Of a DNA stretch of 64,000 nucleotides, positions 7,453 through 16,826 are shown piece by piece. The position numbers were made by a program, and so were the translations under genes. Source of the stretch: Niabella yanshanensis. GTDB taxonomy: Bacteria; Bacteroidota; Bacteroidia; Chitinophagales; Chitinophagaceae. The first letter of the stretch is position 1. Each line of letters begins with the position of its first letter. The stretch is taken from the NCBI GenBank assembly GCA_040393015.1, contig JBEBUZ010000008.1, positions 472 through 64,471 of the forward strand, in the 5' to 3' direction. The notes under the pieces were generated by a model. That model was not told the DNA's origin. It saw nothing but the letters and a program-made list of their open reading frames with translations, and made no database searches.

Positions 7453-9435
7453 TTAAAAACTGAATTTTAACGAAGTGAAAATATTCCGGCCCATCCTGGG
7501 GATATTACCCCAATCAGCATAAGTGCTGTAATACGCGTTTAATAAGTTTTCTGCACCCACCTGCAAAACAGTTCTCACATTTTTGATAGGCAACGTATAG
7601 TCTGCCGAAGCATTCCAAACCATGTAGGCAGGTGTCTGATCTTCGCCATATTCGGGACTATAAGTTCTCTGTATAAAATCGCCGTTCAGCGAGGTTTGGA
7701 TACCAAGATTGCCGTGCATAATATGAAGCGATGCCTGGTAACTTAAAGGGCGAATAAAGGGTAAATTTCCATCCTTCTCGTCCGTTGCACGGGCATAGGT
7801 TAGCGTTCCCTTCCAGTGTAAATGTTGCAAAATATCATAGCGTGCATTCAGAGCGATATTGAAAATTTTAGCATGGTTCAGAGATGTGTAACCTTTCACG
7901 CCTACGGACTGGTAGTTCATCGGGCTTCCCAGACTTAAGATTCTTCCAATGATATAATTTTGAATATAGAAATAATTTGCGTTGACCCCGATGCCCGTTT
8001 TTTCAGTTTTAAATCCGGCGCTTGCATTGGCTTCATAAGAAATTTCGTTTTTGAGATCGGGGTTGCCAATATAATCGTAACAGTCAAAGCTGTTGTAGAT
8101 ATAATACCCGTAACCTTCCGAAACAGAAGGCGATCTATGTCCGTAGCCGGTTCCTACAGAAAAATCAAACTGATCCACATTGAGTTCATAGCTGGCGTGC
8201 AGGCCAGGCAATATCCTGCTTTTTTGCTGTGGCGTTCCGGGGTGGAAAATCCAGTTGAACTCCACGTATTTGGAATGATTGTAATTATAGCCCAGCGAGC
8301 CGCCAAAGTTCAGCCGGCTCTTTTCTGAAACATGCCAGGAGTTATTCAACGCAAGACTTGCAAACCTTGTGGTAACCCAGGGCCAGCTATAGGCAAACAT
8401 AGTACGCTTGCTGCGGTCTTGCGGGTACATACGCATTTCTGCAATAGACAGGTTGTTATAAGCATTCAACTGGATTCCCGAAGAATAATCACCGCTTTTT
8501 AAATTTGCTTTGGAAACTAATCCATAAGTGGTGCTCCAACCCGGCATATCCATGTGCACCAGGTTTTCAGGTCGTTGGGTATCATCCATATAATGTTCGA
8601 TCGCATTGAAGTACAATTTAGTGTCCCAAACCCTTATCACCCCATCTTCAAATAACTGTTTGTAAGATGCTGATGTAATCAATGCGCGGGACAGCCATAA
8701 ATCCATTGGCAACGCAGGAAAACCCACGTCTTTGGCTACATCAAAGATAGCATCCACCCGAACGGAAGATAGGGGGCTGGTCTTGTAGGCCAATCCTAAA
8801 GAGGTATTTAATTTACTGTATTGAGAATGCTTTACTTCATCATTATTCCCATCGTAATAATTACCTGCTTTCCGGTAAGAAACGCTTCCATCTGCTACAA
8901 ATTTTTCGCCTGAATAAGATACATTTCCGAGATTAAAAAATTGTTTGTTATTCAGCTCCAGTCCTGCTTGATACCCTCCGCTCCATTTCTTTTCCAGGCC
9001 AAATGGTGTACTCTTTCTTTTAAGATCTATGCTGCCAGCAACCGTTGCGCCATGCAGGCTGCCCTCCTGGCCGGATTTGATGTCAATGGCAGAAAGGTTA
9101 TTACTTTCTACATACGAAGTGACGGGGTCCATTTTATCGGTGCAGGCTCCAAAAACGTGCATGCCGTCAATAGTAATGGTAGAGCGCTCGGTACTCATAT
9201 TGTTGAGCAATGGCTCCCAGGCATAAGCACCTCTTTTTATAAAACTGATATTATCGGACGATGCAAGATATTCATCTACAGAGACCGCCATTTTCATATC
9301 CGTTTCTATTTTCTTTTTGGCATTAACAACTACCTTCACTTCTTTCAGCACCTCGCTGCTGTCTTTATGATCCTGCTGAGCATTGGCATTTATTCCAATA
9401 ATAAGAACCCCAAAAACAATCAATAACTTCTTCAT
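7453..9435 (-). CDS. TonB-dependent receptor
   Basis: Signal peptide MKKLLIVFGVLIIGINANAQ. Plug-domain motif STITIDGMHVFGACTDKMDPVTSY. Long beta-barrel-type sequence ending in the aromatic terminus SLKFSF. The start is set at the MKKLL ATG (9435). Confidence 0.85.
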   Translation of the reverse strand: MKKLLIVFGVLIIGINANAQQDHKDSSEVLKEVKVVVNAKKKIETDMKMAVSVDEYLASSDNISFIKRGAYAWEPLLNNMSTERSTITIDGMHVFGACTDKMDPVTSYVESNNLSAIDIKSGQEGSLHGATVAGSIDLKRKSTPFGLEKKWSGGYQAGLELNNKQFFNLGNVSYSGEKFVADGSVSYRKAGNYYDGNNDEVKHSQYSKLNTSLGLAYKTSPLSSVRVDAIFDVAKDVGFPALPMDLWLSRALITSASYKQLFEDGVIRVWDTKLYFNAIEHYMDDTQRPENLVHMDMPGWSTTYGLVSKANLKSGDYSSGIQLNAYNNLSIAEMRMYPQDRSKRTMFAYSWPWVTTRFASLALNNSWHVSEKSRLNFGGSLGYNYNHSKYVEFNWIFHPGTPQQKSRILPGLHASYELNVDQFDFSVGTGYGHRSPSVSEGYGYYIYNSFDCYDYIGNPDLKNEISYEANASAGFKTEKTGIGVNANYFYIQNYIIGRILSLGSPMNYQSVGVKGYTSLNHAKIFNIALNARYDILQHLHWKGTLTYARATDEKDGNLPFIRPLSYQASLHIMHGNLGIQTSLNGDFIQRTYSPEYGEDQTPAYMVWNASADYTLPIKNVRTVLQVGAENLLNAYYSTYADWGNIPRMGRNIFTSLKFSF

Positions 9436-9439
9436 AATC

Positions 9440-10360
9440 TTAGAATAAAATATCAATGTATAATTCGCTTTTCACACCTTCAACGCCTGGAGTAAAATCA
9501 GTCGGTACTTCGGTTCCTTTTAATATCTTTCCGTTTTGATTCAGCATAATGAAGTTTAATGTCCAGTTTCCCGTCATGGTGTAATTAACCACGCCATGAT
9601 ACAAACCATCGTCCTGCTGTGTGAGGTCTTTATTATTGGGCGAGGAATGATTGCCCATTGAAGGCTCCGGCATCCGTGGGTCTAACTGTAATGTATAGCC
9701 ACTTACGGCTGGGTAGGAAAATTGAGAAGGATCGGGAAAACTCCCGGACGGTGGACTGGTTGGTTTATTGTATTTGTATATTCCCGCAACCAGCTCGTTT
9801 TCGGCAACCTTGGGCTTTTGCGGAGCCACTAAAGCGATGATGTATTGCTCATCGTCTTTGCCCGTAAAGGCTGTCATGTTCAGGTTTTTATTGGTTTGAG
9901 GTTGAACGGCAATACTTTGCTTTGCCGAATAGGGTTGATTATTAACGGTGAAGCTGACATAGAGCTCCCAGGTGCTGCCGGTATTGCTTTCATTTGTAAA
10001 TACCACGTATCCCGAAAAACAATTATCCCCGGTTTTATAAACCAGGTTGTACCGGTGCGGACAGGAAGATTTGCTTTCATTGGCGCCTGTCATTACCGGT
10101 AGGAAGGTTACTGCCGAAGCATTCACCGGCTGGTTCGTTTGAGTAGTTACTTTCAAACGGATCTCATTATAGCCTTTATAGAAGGTGCCGTTTAAGGCTT
10201 CAATACTGATCTTATAGCCATCACTGCTAATAGATGCAGCCTCTTTAAACTCGTAGTGTTCGGTAACAACGGTGCTGATCTCCGCTTCGTAATCTGTTTT
10301 AGCTTTTGTACAGGACATAACCGCAAAGCAGATTGCGATAAAAGCCATTATTTTTTTCAT
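9440..10360 (-). CDS. lipoprotein, two YtkA/FixH-like Ig-fold-type halves (tentative)
   Basis: Lipobox MKKIMAFIAICFAVMSC (start set at 10360). It overlaps the TBDR ORF-track start, so the two form an operon. Each half has a pattern typical of YtkA-like domains (e.g. GLYHGVVNYTMTGNWTLNFIM). The domain call is pattern recall only. Confidence 0.55.
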   Translation of the reverse strand: MKKIMAFIAICFAVMSCTKAKTDYEAEISTVVTEHYEFKEAASISSDGYKISIEALNGTFYKGYNEIRLKVTTQTNQPVNASAVTFLPVMTGANESKSSCPHRYNLVYKTGDNCFSGYVVFTNESNTGSTWELYVSFTVNNQPYSAKQSIAVQPQTNKNLNMTAFTGKDDEQYIIALVAPQKPKVAENELVAGIYKYNKPTSPPSGSFPDPSQFSYPAVSGYTLQLDPRMPEPSMGNHSSPNNKDLTQQDDGLYHGVVNYTMTGNWTLNFIMLNQNGKILKGTEVPTDFTPGVEGVKSELYIDILF

Positions 10361-10724
10361 TGTTGAAGAATGTATTGTGGAAAATAATTGACCCTTAGCC
10401 TTTTTACATGAGAAGGCATTATTGAACCATGTCAATTTCTATTTTCAATGTTATAGTATAGCCATGTCTATCCGGAACAGCCTTGCTCTTAAAGTAATTG
10501 AAACTATTACATGCCAGTACAGCATGCCTCTTTTCCAATGAGATGCGCTCCCGACTGTCTTAGCCAAGGAAACCAAAAAAGAAACTTAAAAGGCATATAA
10601 GAAAAAACAAGTCATCTGTGTGTATAGATCGTCCGGATATGCATGATCATACAGAATAAGTCCTGCGCTACTGCATACAAAGGTTTTTTCCATTCAAAAA
10701 ACGGAAAGATGATCGACTGTTCTT

Positions 10725-11120
10725 TTAAACGAGGTGTATTTCCGGGGGTTTTACCGGTTTGGAGATAAATAGGAAGGAATACAGGTGATTGTAATATACA
10801 GGCAGCTTTGTTTTGCAGGGCATCAAAAGGAAATCATTGCCTGGCAAAGACGTAGATCGTACAGGAAAAAAGTAAGTGGTTTCTGACTGTAATTGCTTTA
10901 GCATATCATCGGCCTTCTTTTCATTTTCCTCCCGCTGCATTTGTGCCAGTTTACACTGACCATTACATTTTAATTGCGGGCGATCCTTATTTACACAAAA
11001 CAGCTCAATGAAAAACGCATTATCATACTCATAAATAGCGTAGAGCATAGTACCCTTCATCATACTTAAAAGCATAATGCACATTATAAAAACGCTTGTT
11101 ATTTTTGATAGCTGTTTCAA
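10725..11120 (-). CDS. small Cys-motif membrane protein (uncharacterised family)
   Basis: N-terminal TM helix ITSVFIMCIMLLSMM. Motif FCVNKDRPQLKCNGQCKL. It is paralogous to the truncated gene at 7252-7449. Confidence 0.55.
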   Translation of the reverse strand: MKQLSKITSVFIMCIMLLSMMKGTMLYAIYEYDNAFFIELFCVNKDRPQLKCNGQCKLAQMQREENEKKADDMLKQLQSETTYFFPVRSTSLPGNDFLLMPCKTKLPVYYNHLYSFLFISKPVKPPEIHLV

Positions 11121-11736
11121 GTAACGCGTACTTACTATTCTAAAATTTTTGCAAAAAAATGAATTATTATATTCTTAAAAGAAATACAACGCCTCATTTC
11201 AGAAATAAAAATACCTTACTGAGTCCTATGACGTATGGTAAGCTATTGTATATACTTACAGTTTCTTACAAAAAGACTTCCTTTTCAAATTTTACCTGTT
11301 TGAACTTGGGCAATATCAATGCAAGCTCAATCTCTTTAAAGTCGGTTGACGAGAAAATGGATTTTAAAAAATGTTCGTTTTACATTAAATATTATTAAAT
11401 ATCTCCAAAGATAAAAATTTAAGCGTGTTTACCGTTCGCTGCTCTTCCGGAAAAGCATCAGTACTTGGAGCAAACTCTTTGAAACCTTGTATAGGATTGG
11501 CTTGTAGCGTTTTTGTCAATATTTCCAAAGTCTTTCTGTCCTGCTTATATTTATAGGTAAAAAAACTACTTTTTTTATGTCAAACCTTTTTTTGGGTTAA
11601 TCAATTAAACTGTAACTTTTTGCCTGTTAGGTTTTTAATTTTATATGTTGACAGGTAGTTTCATTGTTTTCGAATTCCCTCAAAAATAGGTAACTTCGTG
11701 GTATATATACTTAGCAGAATAGTTTAAAGTTGATTA

Positions 11737-12567
11737 ATGATAAGATATTATATCCGGAAGATTACAATTGCAACAAATTTTAGTGAAGAATCGGATCAGG
11801 CAGTCTACAAGGCTGCAATGCTAGCGAAAAAGTATGATGCCGGCTTGGATATTATACATGCAGTATCACCGATAGAGTCAAGGAATAAAAAAGCAGAATT
11901 TGTGCAGGGAGCTTATGAGCGATTAAAAAAATACAGGGATCGGATTTTGGAAGAATTTGGTATAGAGTCAAGGGTTTTTGCACGGGTAGATGAAGTCATC
12001 CCTTTTATATATAAGTATTGCGTTAAAAATAAGACAGATCTTTTGGTTATCGGTGTACTGAATGGCATTAAGCGATATTTTAAAGAATCGATGGCTTATG
12101 ACATCATTATGAAAATCGAGTGCCCTGTGCTTTCTATCCCGCTAAGTTTTAAAAAAGCAGGCTTCTCCAGCATACTTTTCCCTGTTAGGGATGTTGAAGG
12201 GGTTGAAGAAAAGCTTGTCTATTCAAAACCATTTATCCAAAAAGATAATTCAGAACTGCACATCATTTGCTTTGGACAGATGGGTTCTTATAAGGTTAAC
12301 GAAGTTATTGAACTGGCCAAAGCCCAGCAGATACAATTTTCAGTATCAGATTTCGATGCAGATTCGAAAAAAAATGTTTCCCCGGAAGTAATTGCTGCCG
12401 CAAGAGAAAGACAAGCTGATCTGATCGTTATAAATGCCACATCAGAAAAACAATGGTATAATATATTCGGTGAAAATTATACGGAATATATCTTAAAGGA
12501 AGCCGAAGTCGCAGTTTTATCCATAACTCATTCTTTTGAGTCAGACAACCAACCGGGCATTTTATAG
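11737..12567 (+). CDS. universal stress protein family (tandem Usp-like domains)
   Basis: Two Usp-like halves (KITIATNFSEESDQAVYKAAMLAKKYDAGLDIIHAV...DLLVIGV... and ...ADLIVINATS...AEVAVLSI). Confidence 0.65.
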   Translation: MIRYYIRKITIATNFSEESDQAVYKAAMLAKKYDAGLDIIHAVSPIESRNKKAEFVQGAYERLKKYRDRILEEFGIESRVFARVDEVIPFIYKYCVKNKTDLLVIGVLNGIKRYFKESMAYDIIMKIECPVLSIPLSFKKAGFSSILFPVRDVEGVEEKLVYSKPFIQKDNSELHIICFGQMGSYKVNEVIELAKAQQIQFSVSDFDADSKKNVSPEVIAAARERQADLIVINATSEKQWYNIFGENYTEYILKEAEVAVLSITHSFESDNQPGIL

Positions 12568-12671
12568 TCGATTAATTCCAGGTGCTTCCATTGTACAAAT
12601 GCGTTCAGTTTTGCTGAAACAATAAAGTTATCTATTTTTAAACGAAGTAGTTATTTCCTATTTGTTGAACT

Positions 12672-14003
12672 ATGAGCAATCAAAATAAGCTTTATAGAGC
12701 TGCAAGACTGACCATTGCACGGCTATTTAATCTGCATCTTGAAAAGGCAAATGAAGCAGATGTGGTCGAGTCTGTTAAAAAAGGAGTGGAGTTCAGGGGA
12801 CCTAATCTGTGGACTTTGATCTTTGCTATATTTATCGCTTCCATTGGTTTAAATGTTAATTCAACCGCGGTGATTATTGGGGCCATGCTGATCTCTCCAC
12901 TGATGGGACCCATTATGGGTATTGGCCTGGGCATTGCTACCATTGATATAGACCTGGTAAGAAAAGGAAGTAAAAACCTCTTAACGGCAACGCTGATCAG
13001 CATTGCCACTTCTGCATTGTATTTTTGGATCACCCCGCTGCATGATGCGCAAAGTGAACTCCTCGCACGCACTACACCTTCAATATGGGATGTTTTTATT
13101 GCATTTTTTGGTGGGCTGGCAGGCATTGTAGCCAGTACCAGGAAGGAAAAAAGTAATGTGATTCCCGGCGTGGCCATTGCAACAGCGTTAATGCCACCAC
13201 TTTGTACGGCAGGTTTCGGGCTTGCTTCGGGAAACTTCTATTATTTTTTGGGCGCAATTTACCTGTATTTTATTAATAGTGTATTTATCTGCCTCAGCAC
13301 TTACCTGATCGTTCGATTCCTGAATTTTAGGAAAGTACAGTTTAAAAACCAATCGTACGGAAAAAAGATTTCGCGGTATATACTGCTTATTGTTACAGCA
13401 GCCGTAATTCCAAGCATATACCTGGCGTATAAAATAGTGGACAAGAGTATCTTTGAAACCAATGCACAAACCTTTGTAAACGATCAGTTCCGGTTTAAAA
13501 ACACACAGGTGGTCAATAAAACATTTCGCTACAGATCTGACAGCAGTGAGATTGACTTACTGCTTATCGGGCAAACGCTACCTCAACTTACTATTGACAG
13601 CATCTCACAAAAGCTAAAACAGTACCGGCTAAAGGATGCAAAACTGGTTGTAAGGCAAGGATTGGATGCTAAACAAGAGATTGACTTTAGCCAGATAAAG
13701 GCGAGTATTCTTGAAGATGTGTTTAAAAAAGATTCTGCACAGAACTCATCCGTACAGGAGCCGGCGGCGGCTTCCCCGGAACTACCTGATCTCAGGGCCG
13801 AGCTGAAAGCTTTATATCCAGGATTAACGTATTATACCGGATCCCGGTCAATTATTTACCGGACAGACACCCTGGCCGCAGATACGCTTACTTTATTTGT
13901 GGCCGACTTTTCAAAGGCGCCTAACCGTGACGAACGTATTAAAATGCAACAATGGCTAAAGCAACGCCTGCAGACAGATTCTGTAAAGCTGATCATTCAA
14001 TAA
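12672..14003 (+). CDS. DUF389 domain-containing membrane protein
   Basis: Characteristic hydrophobic core GAMLISPLMGPIMGIGLGIA and PGVAIATALMPPLCTAGFGLA, with multiple TM helices. Confidence 0.8.
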   Translation: MSNQNKLYRAARLTIARLFNLHLEKANEADVVESVKKGVEFRGPNLWTLIFAIFIASIGLNVNSTAVIIGAMLISPLMGPIMGIGLGIATIDIDLVRKGSKNLLTATLISIATSALYFWITPLHDAQSELLARTTPSIWDVFIAFFGGLAGIVASTRKEKSNVIPGVAIATALMPPLCTAGFGLASGNFYYFLGAIYLYFINSVFICLSTYLIVRFLNFRKVQFKNQSYGKKISRYILLIVTAAVIPSIYLAYKIVDKSIFETNAQTFVNDQFRFKNTQVVNKTFRYRSDSSEIDLLLIGQTLPQLTIDSISQKLKQYRLKDAKLVVRQGLDAKQEIDFSQIKASILEDVFKKDSAQNSSVQEPAAASPELPDLRAELKALYPGLTYYTGSRSIIYRTDTLAADTLTLFVADFSKAPNRDERIKMQQWLKQRLQTDSVKLIIQ

Positions 14004-14200
14004 GTTGTTACTTTTTCGAATTGCGATGTCCAGCAGGAGCAAACATGATACGTTCCAACCTCGTCATTAAAAAGCTAAAGATGTTGAGCTACTGAAAGAT
14101 CCGGATTCTTAATACAGTACAAATAATTAACTTAGCTGTAATTAAGTTCTTTTACATCTCCAGATGATTTTTGTATGCAAATTGTATGCAAATTTCTCAA

Positions 14201-14228
14201 AAATAAAAAAGGCTCGCTTGCGCGAGCC
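14201..14228 (-). terminator. rho-independent terminator after tRNA-Leu
   Basis: On the minus strand: GGCTCGC-GCAA-GCGAGCC followed by TTTTTTATTT. Confidence 0.6.
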
Positions 14229-14250
14229 TTTCTATCTGATTGATAATCAG

Positions 14251-14336
14251 TGCCCCAGGCGGGACTTGAACCCGCACGGACATTGCTGCCCACAGGATTT
14301 TAAGTCCTGCGTGTCTACCAGTTCCACCACCAGGGC
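14251..14336 (-). tRNA. tRNA-Leu (anticodon TAA), type II with long variable arm
   Basis: Hand-folded. Acceptor GCCCTGG/CTGGGGC. Anticodon arm CAGGA-CTTAAAA-TCCTG. Long variable arm. T arm GCGGG-TTCAAGT-CCCGC. No encoded CCA. Confidence 0.9.
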
Positions 14337-14350
14337 TTACAGAACTCGTC

Positions 14351-14382
14351 AAAAAAAAACCTCTCGGCAGAGAGGATTTTTT
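14351..14382. terminator. bidirectional terminator-like hairpin between tRNA-Gly and tRNA-Leu
   Basis: A9-CCTCTC-GGCA-GAGAGG-ATTTTTT. It reads as a stem plus U-run on either strand. Confidence 0.5.
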
Positions 14383-14384
14383 AG

Positions 14385-14457
<73 letters not shown>

Positions 14458-14496
14458 ATATAGTTGGCACTATTTTCAATTTTAAAGAACTTTTAA

Positions 14497-14562
14497 CCGG
14501 GCTGAACCGGCCACCCCGATCCGCCGCGGCGGATCGTGCTCTACCAAATGAGCTACTTCCGC
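14497..14562 (-). pseudogene. tRNA-Gly-derived pseudo-copy: anticodon arm replaced by a GC palindrome, 3' acceptor strand missing
   Basis: Identical to tRNA-Gly from the 5' acceptor strand through the D arm. Then CCTTGCCAAGG is replaced by TCCGCCGCGGCGGA (14520-14533). The T loop carries a 1-nt deletion and there is no 3' acceptor strand. It is followed upstream by a duplicate of the 37-nt leader. Confidence 0.75.
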
Positions 14563-14616
14563 ATATAGTTGGTACTATTTTCAATTTTAAAGAACTTTCC
14601 TTTTTTAAAAGGAGTG

Positions 14617-14624
14617 CAAATATA
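14617..14624 (-). promoter_or_regulatory. Bacteroidota-type -7 promoter box (TAnnTTTG) upstream of the tRNA-Gly pseudo-copy
   Basis: The minus strand reads TATATTTG about 55 nt upstream of the pseudo-copy. No equivalent box lies between the pseudo-copy and the functional tRNA-Gly. Confidence 0.35.
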
Positions 14625-14661
14625 AGTGGCTGATCGTTTCCAACAAAATAATTTCAAAGAA

Positions 14662-14988
14662 TTATTTGTATTTAGGAGTATACAAACTGCTCTCCTGGAT
14701 TTCTACCTTTGGCTTTTCGAACTTCTTTGTATAAAGCTTGTAACAGCCGCCCCATGTCATCAGGAAAAAACAGGCAATGCTCAAATAAAATATATAGGCT
14801 GAAGCGTTTACCCAGCTTTGCCGGATATCATTTTTCTCGTATTTTTTCAGGCTTTCCTGGTATTCCTGCTCCTTAAATTTTTCTACATCAAGTGGTTCCA
14901 TGAAATAAAATATTGTGTTGCAAAAATAAAGGAAACAGGCTAAAAAAGAGCAGCCATACTGCGCAATTTTTAAAACGCCTGTTTTCAA
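14662..14988 (-). CDS. hypothetical small membrane protein
   Basis: The ORF lies directly downstream of the GT2 gene. One clear TM helix (ASAYIFYLSIACFFLMTWGG). An alternative start is the internal MEPLDV at 14901. No family recognised. Confidence 0.35.
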   Translation of the reverse strand: MKTGVLKIAQYGCSFLACFLYFCNTIFYFMEPLDVEKFKEQEYQESLKKYEKNDIRQSWVNASAYIFYLSIACFFLMTWGGCYKLYTKKFEKPKVEIQESSLYTPKYK

Positions 14989-15000
14989 GGTCGGAATCGG

Positions 15001-16023
15001 TTAAGAGCTAACTAAATCGGTAAACTTTTTTTTACCTTTTACAAAATGTTCCCAGGCGATGTTCTTTTTTAAATAGCCGCTTAATGGCAGATTTTTCAGG
15101 GCGGGAAAAATGCTTTTTTTCTGATCGGCCAATATCCATTTCGCAAAGGAAAGATGAGCGTTTAATACGGCTACAAAATAACCGCCATCACCCTTCAACA
15201 GGCTTTTAAAAGCGGATGCCAGGTCCAGCACCGCGCGAACCAGCAGCACATATATTTTTCGAAACCCCGGCAAATTTTTATATAACATGATATTATTATT
15301 CCTGAAATTCAGATAAGTTTTCAGTGAGTTGCCCTTGGGAAGCGTTCCTCCGCCTACATGGTATACAACCGATGAGGGACAACTATAAATTTTATATCCC
15401 AGTAATTGTATACGCCAGCACAGGTCGATCTCTTCCTGGTGCGCAAAAAAATACTCGTCAAATCCGCCCGATTCGTGAAAAATACCTGCCCTGATAAAGA
15501 GAGCCGCACCCGATGCCCAGAATACCGGAACCGCGTCGTTGTACTGCCCCTGGTCTTCTTCCGAAATATCAAATACCCGCCCCATAGCAAACGGGTAGCC
15601 AAAATGATCGAGCCAGCCGCCTGCGCCGCCCGCATATTCGAAATAACGGGGATGATGATAGGATAATAACTTCGGTTGACAGGCCGCGATGCTCTTATCA
15701 TTCTCCAGCAATTCAACCATAGGGTCGATCCAGCCGGGCGAAACCTTTACATCAGAATTAAGCAAGACATAATAGTCTGCCTCTACCTGTTTTAAGGCAC
15801 GGTTATAGCCGCCCGCGAACCCATAGTTTTCTTTTAGTTCGATGATGACTATATTGGGGTACAACCGACGTAAAAAACTTACCGAATCATCCGTAGAACC
15901 ATTGTCGGCAACAATCACTCTTAAATGATCATATCCCGACAATGACAAAAACGGCAGAAACTCCTCCAGGTGCTTCCGGCCATTCCAATTCAAAATAACT
16001 ATCGCTACAGATGGCTTCCTCAT
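15001..16023 (-). CDS. glycosyltransferase family 2
   Basis: VAIVILNWNGRKHLEEFL, VIVADNGSTDDS and the acidic LLNSDV motif are typical of GT2. Confidence 0.85.
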   Translation of the reverse strand: MRKPSVAIVILNWNGRKHLEEFLPFLSLSGYDHLRVIVADNGSTDDSVSFLRRLYPNIVIIELKENYGFAGGYNRALKQVEADYYVLLNSDVKVSPGWIDPMVELLENDKSIAACQPKLLSYHHPRYFEYAGGAGGWLDHFGYPFAMGRVFDISEEDQGQYNDAVPVFWASGAALFIRAGIFHESGGFDEYFFAHQEEIDLCWRIQLLGYKIYSCPSSVVYHVGGGTLPKGNSLKTYLNFRNNNIMLYKNLPGFRKIYVLLVRAVLDLASAFKSLLKGDGGYFVAVLNAHLSFAKWILADQKKSIFPALKNLPLSGYLKKNIAWEHFVKGKKKFTDLVSS

Positions 16024-16052
16024 TATATTTACAAAAATAAGGAAGCGGCGGC

Positions 16053-16289
16053 TCAGACATTCCCATCTGCAGCTCTTTTACGAAAAAACAGGTGATATAA
16101 CTGGATAATGGCGATTAATCCGTTACTGATGATAATAGGCCATTTTAGTCCCAATAAAATACCGTAAGTCACAAAAACCAGACAGGCGATAAAATTGATC
16201 GCCCGTATATATTTTATATTACGGGGTAAAAAGGATATTACCAGCAAAATGGTGGCGATATATCCGGTTGTTTCGGCTGAGAAATCCAT
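16053..16289 (-). CDS. small 3-TM membrane protein (CBU_0592/YgjV-like, tentative)
   Basis: 78 aa with three predicted helices. The architecture resembles small YgjV/CBU_0592-type proteins. The family call is weak. Confidence 0.45.
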   Translation of the reverse strand: MDFSAETTGYIATILLVISFLPRNIKYIRAINFIACLVFVTYGILLGLKWPIIISNGLIAIIQLYHLFFRKRAADGNV

Positions 16290-16367
16290 AAAGAAATATT
16301 TTCCGTTATTTTTGTGAGCAACGTTCTAATGAAAAAACTAATCTAAGAAAAATAAACAGTATAAATA

Positions 16368-16799
16368 ATGAAATTTATTTTATTGATTCCTGCATTTTTC
16401 TTGGCCTTTTTGAGGGTAGCGCAAACCGAGAACTCCGTCAATGTTATCAAAGATCCCCGCATCGATATTCTGTTGAAAAAGCAGGCCGAAGCCAATGACC
16501 TGTCCACCCGCAATACCACCAAACGCCGTACGGCAAAGGGGTACAGGCTTCTGATTATCAGTACCACCAACCGGAACGATGCTATGGCCGCCCGGGCGAA
16601 AATTCTGACCAGTTTCCCCGATTTAAAACCCTATATGTGGTACCAATCGCCTTATTACAAGGTAAAAGTAGGTAACTTTATTTCCCGCAGCGATGCGCAG
16701 GCCTATCAAAAACGACTCACTGCTGCTTTTCCCGGAAATATCTTTATAATGAACGACACCGTGGAAGTGAAGCCGGAAGATATCGAAAAAGAAGAATGA
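16368..16799 (+). CDS. SPOR domain-containing protein
   Basis: Signal peptide, then a SPOR-like segment GYRLLIISTTNRNDAMAARAKILTSFPDLKPYMWYQSPYYKVKVGNFISRSDAQAYQKRL. Confidence 0.8.
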   Translation: MKFILLIPAFFLAFLRVAQTENSVNVIKDPRIDILLKKQAEANDLSTRNTTKRRTAKGYRLLIISTTNRNDAMAARAKILTSFPDLKPYMWYQSPYYKVKVGNFISRSDAQAYQKRLTAAFPGNIFIMNDTVEVKPEDIEKEE

Positions 16800-16826
16800 T
16801 TTTTTTATTTTATGTAGGTTTGCCGG

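Noticed and set aside
11159-11398. The 79-aa ORF in the AT-rich intergenic region.
   Set aside because: It has low-complexity composition, no recognisable start context or homology features, and lies in a probable divergent promoter region.
12692-13177. A long antisense ORF inside a well-supported gene. Other examples are 21838-22350, 35192-35722, 42524-43045, 57506-58153 and 62366-62863.
   Set aside because: Each lies entirely within, and opposite to, a gene with clear family motifs. The translations are compositionally odd (Arg/Ser/Pro/Cys- or Phe/Ile-rich) and have no recognisable domains.
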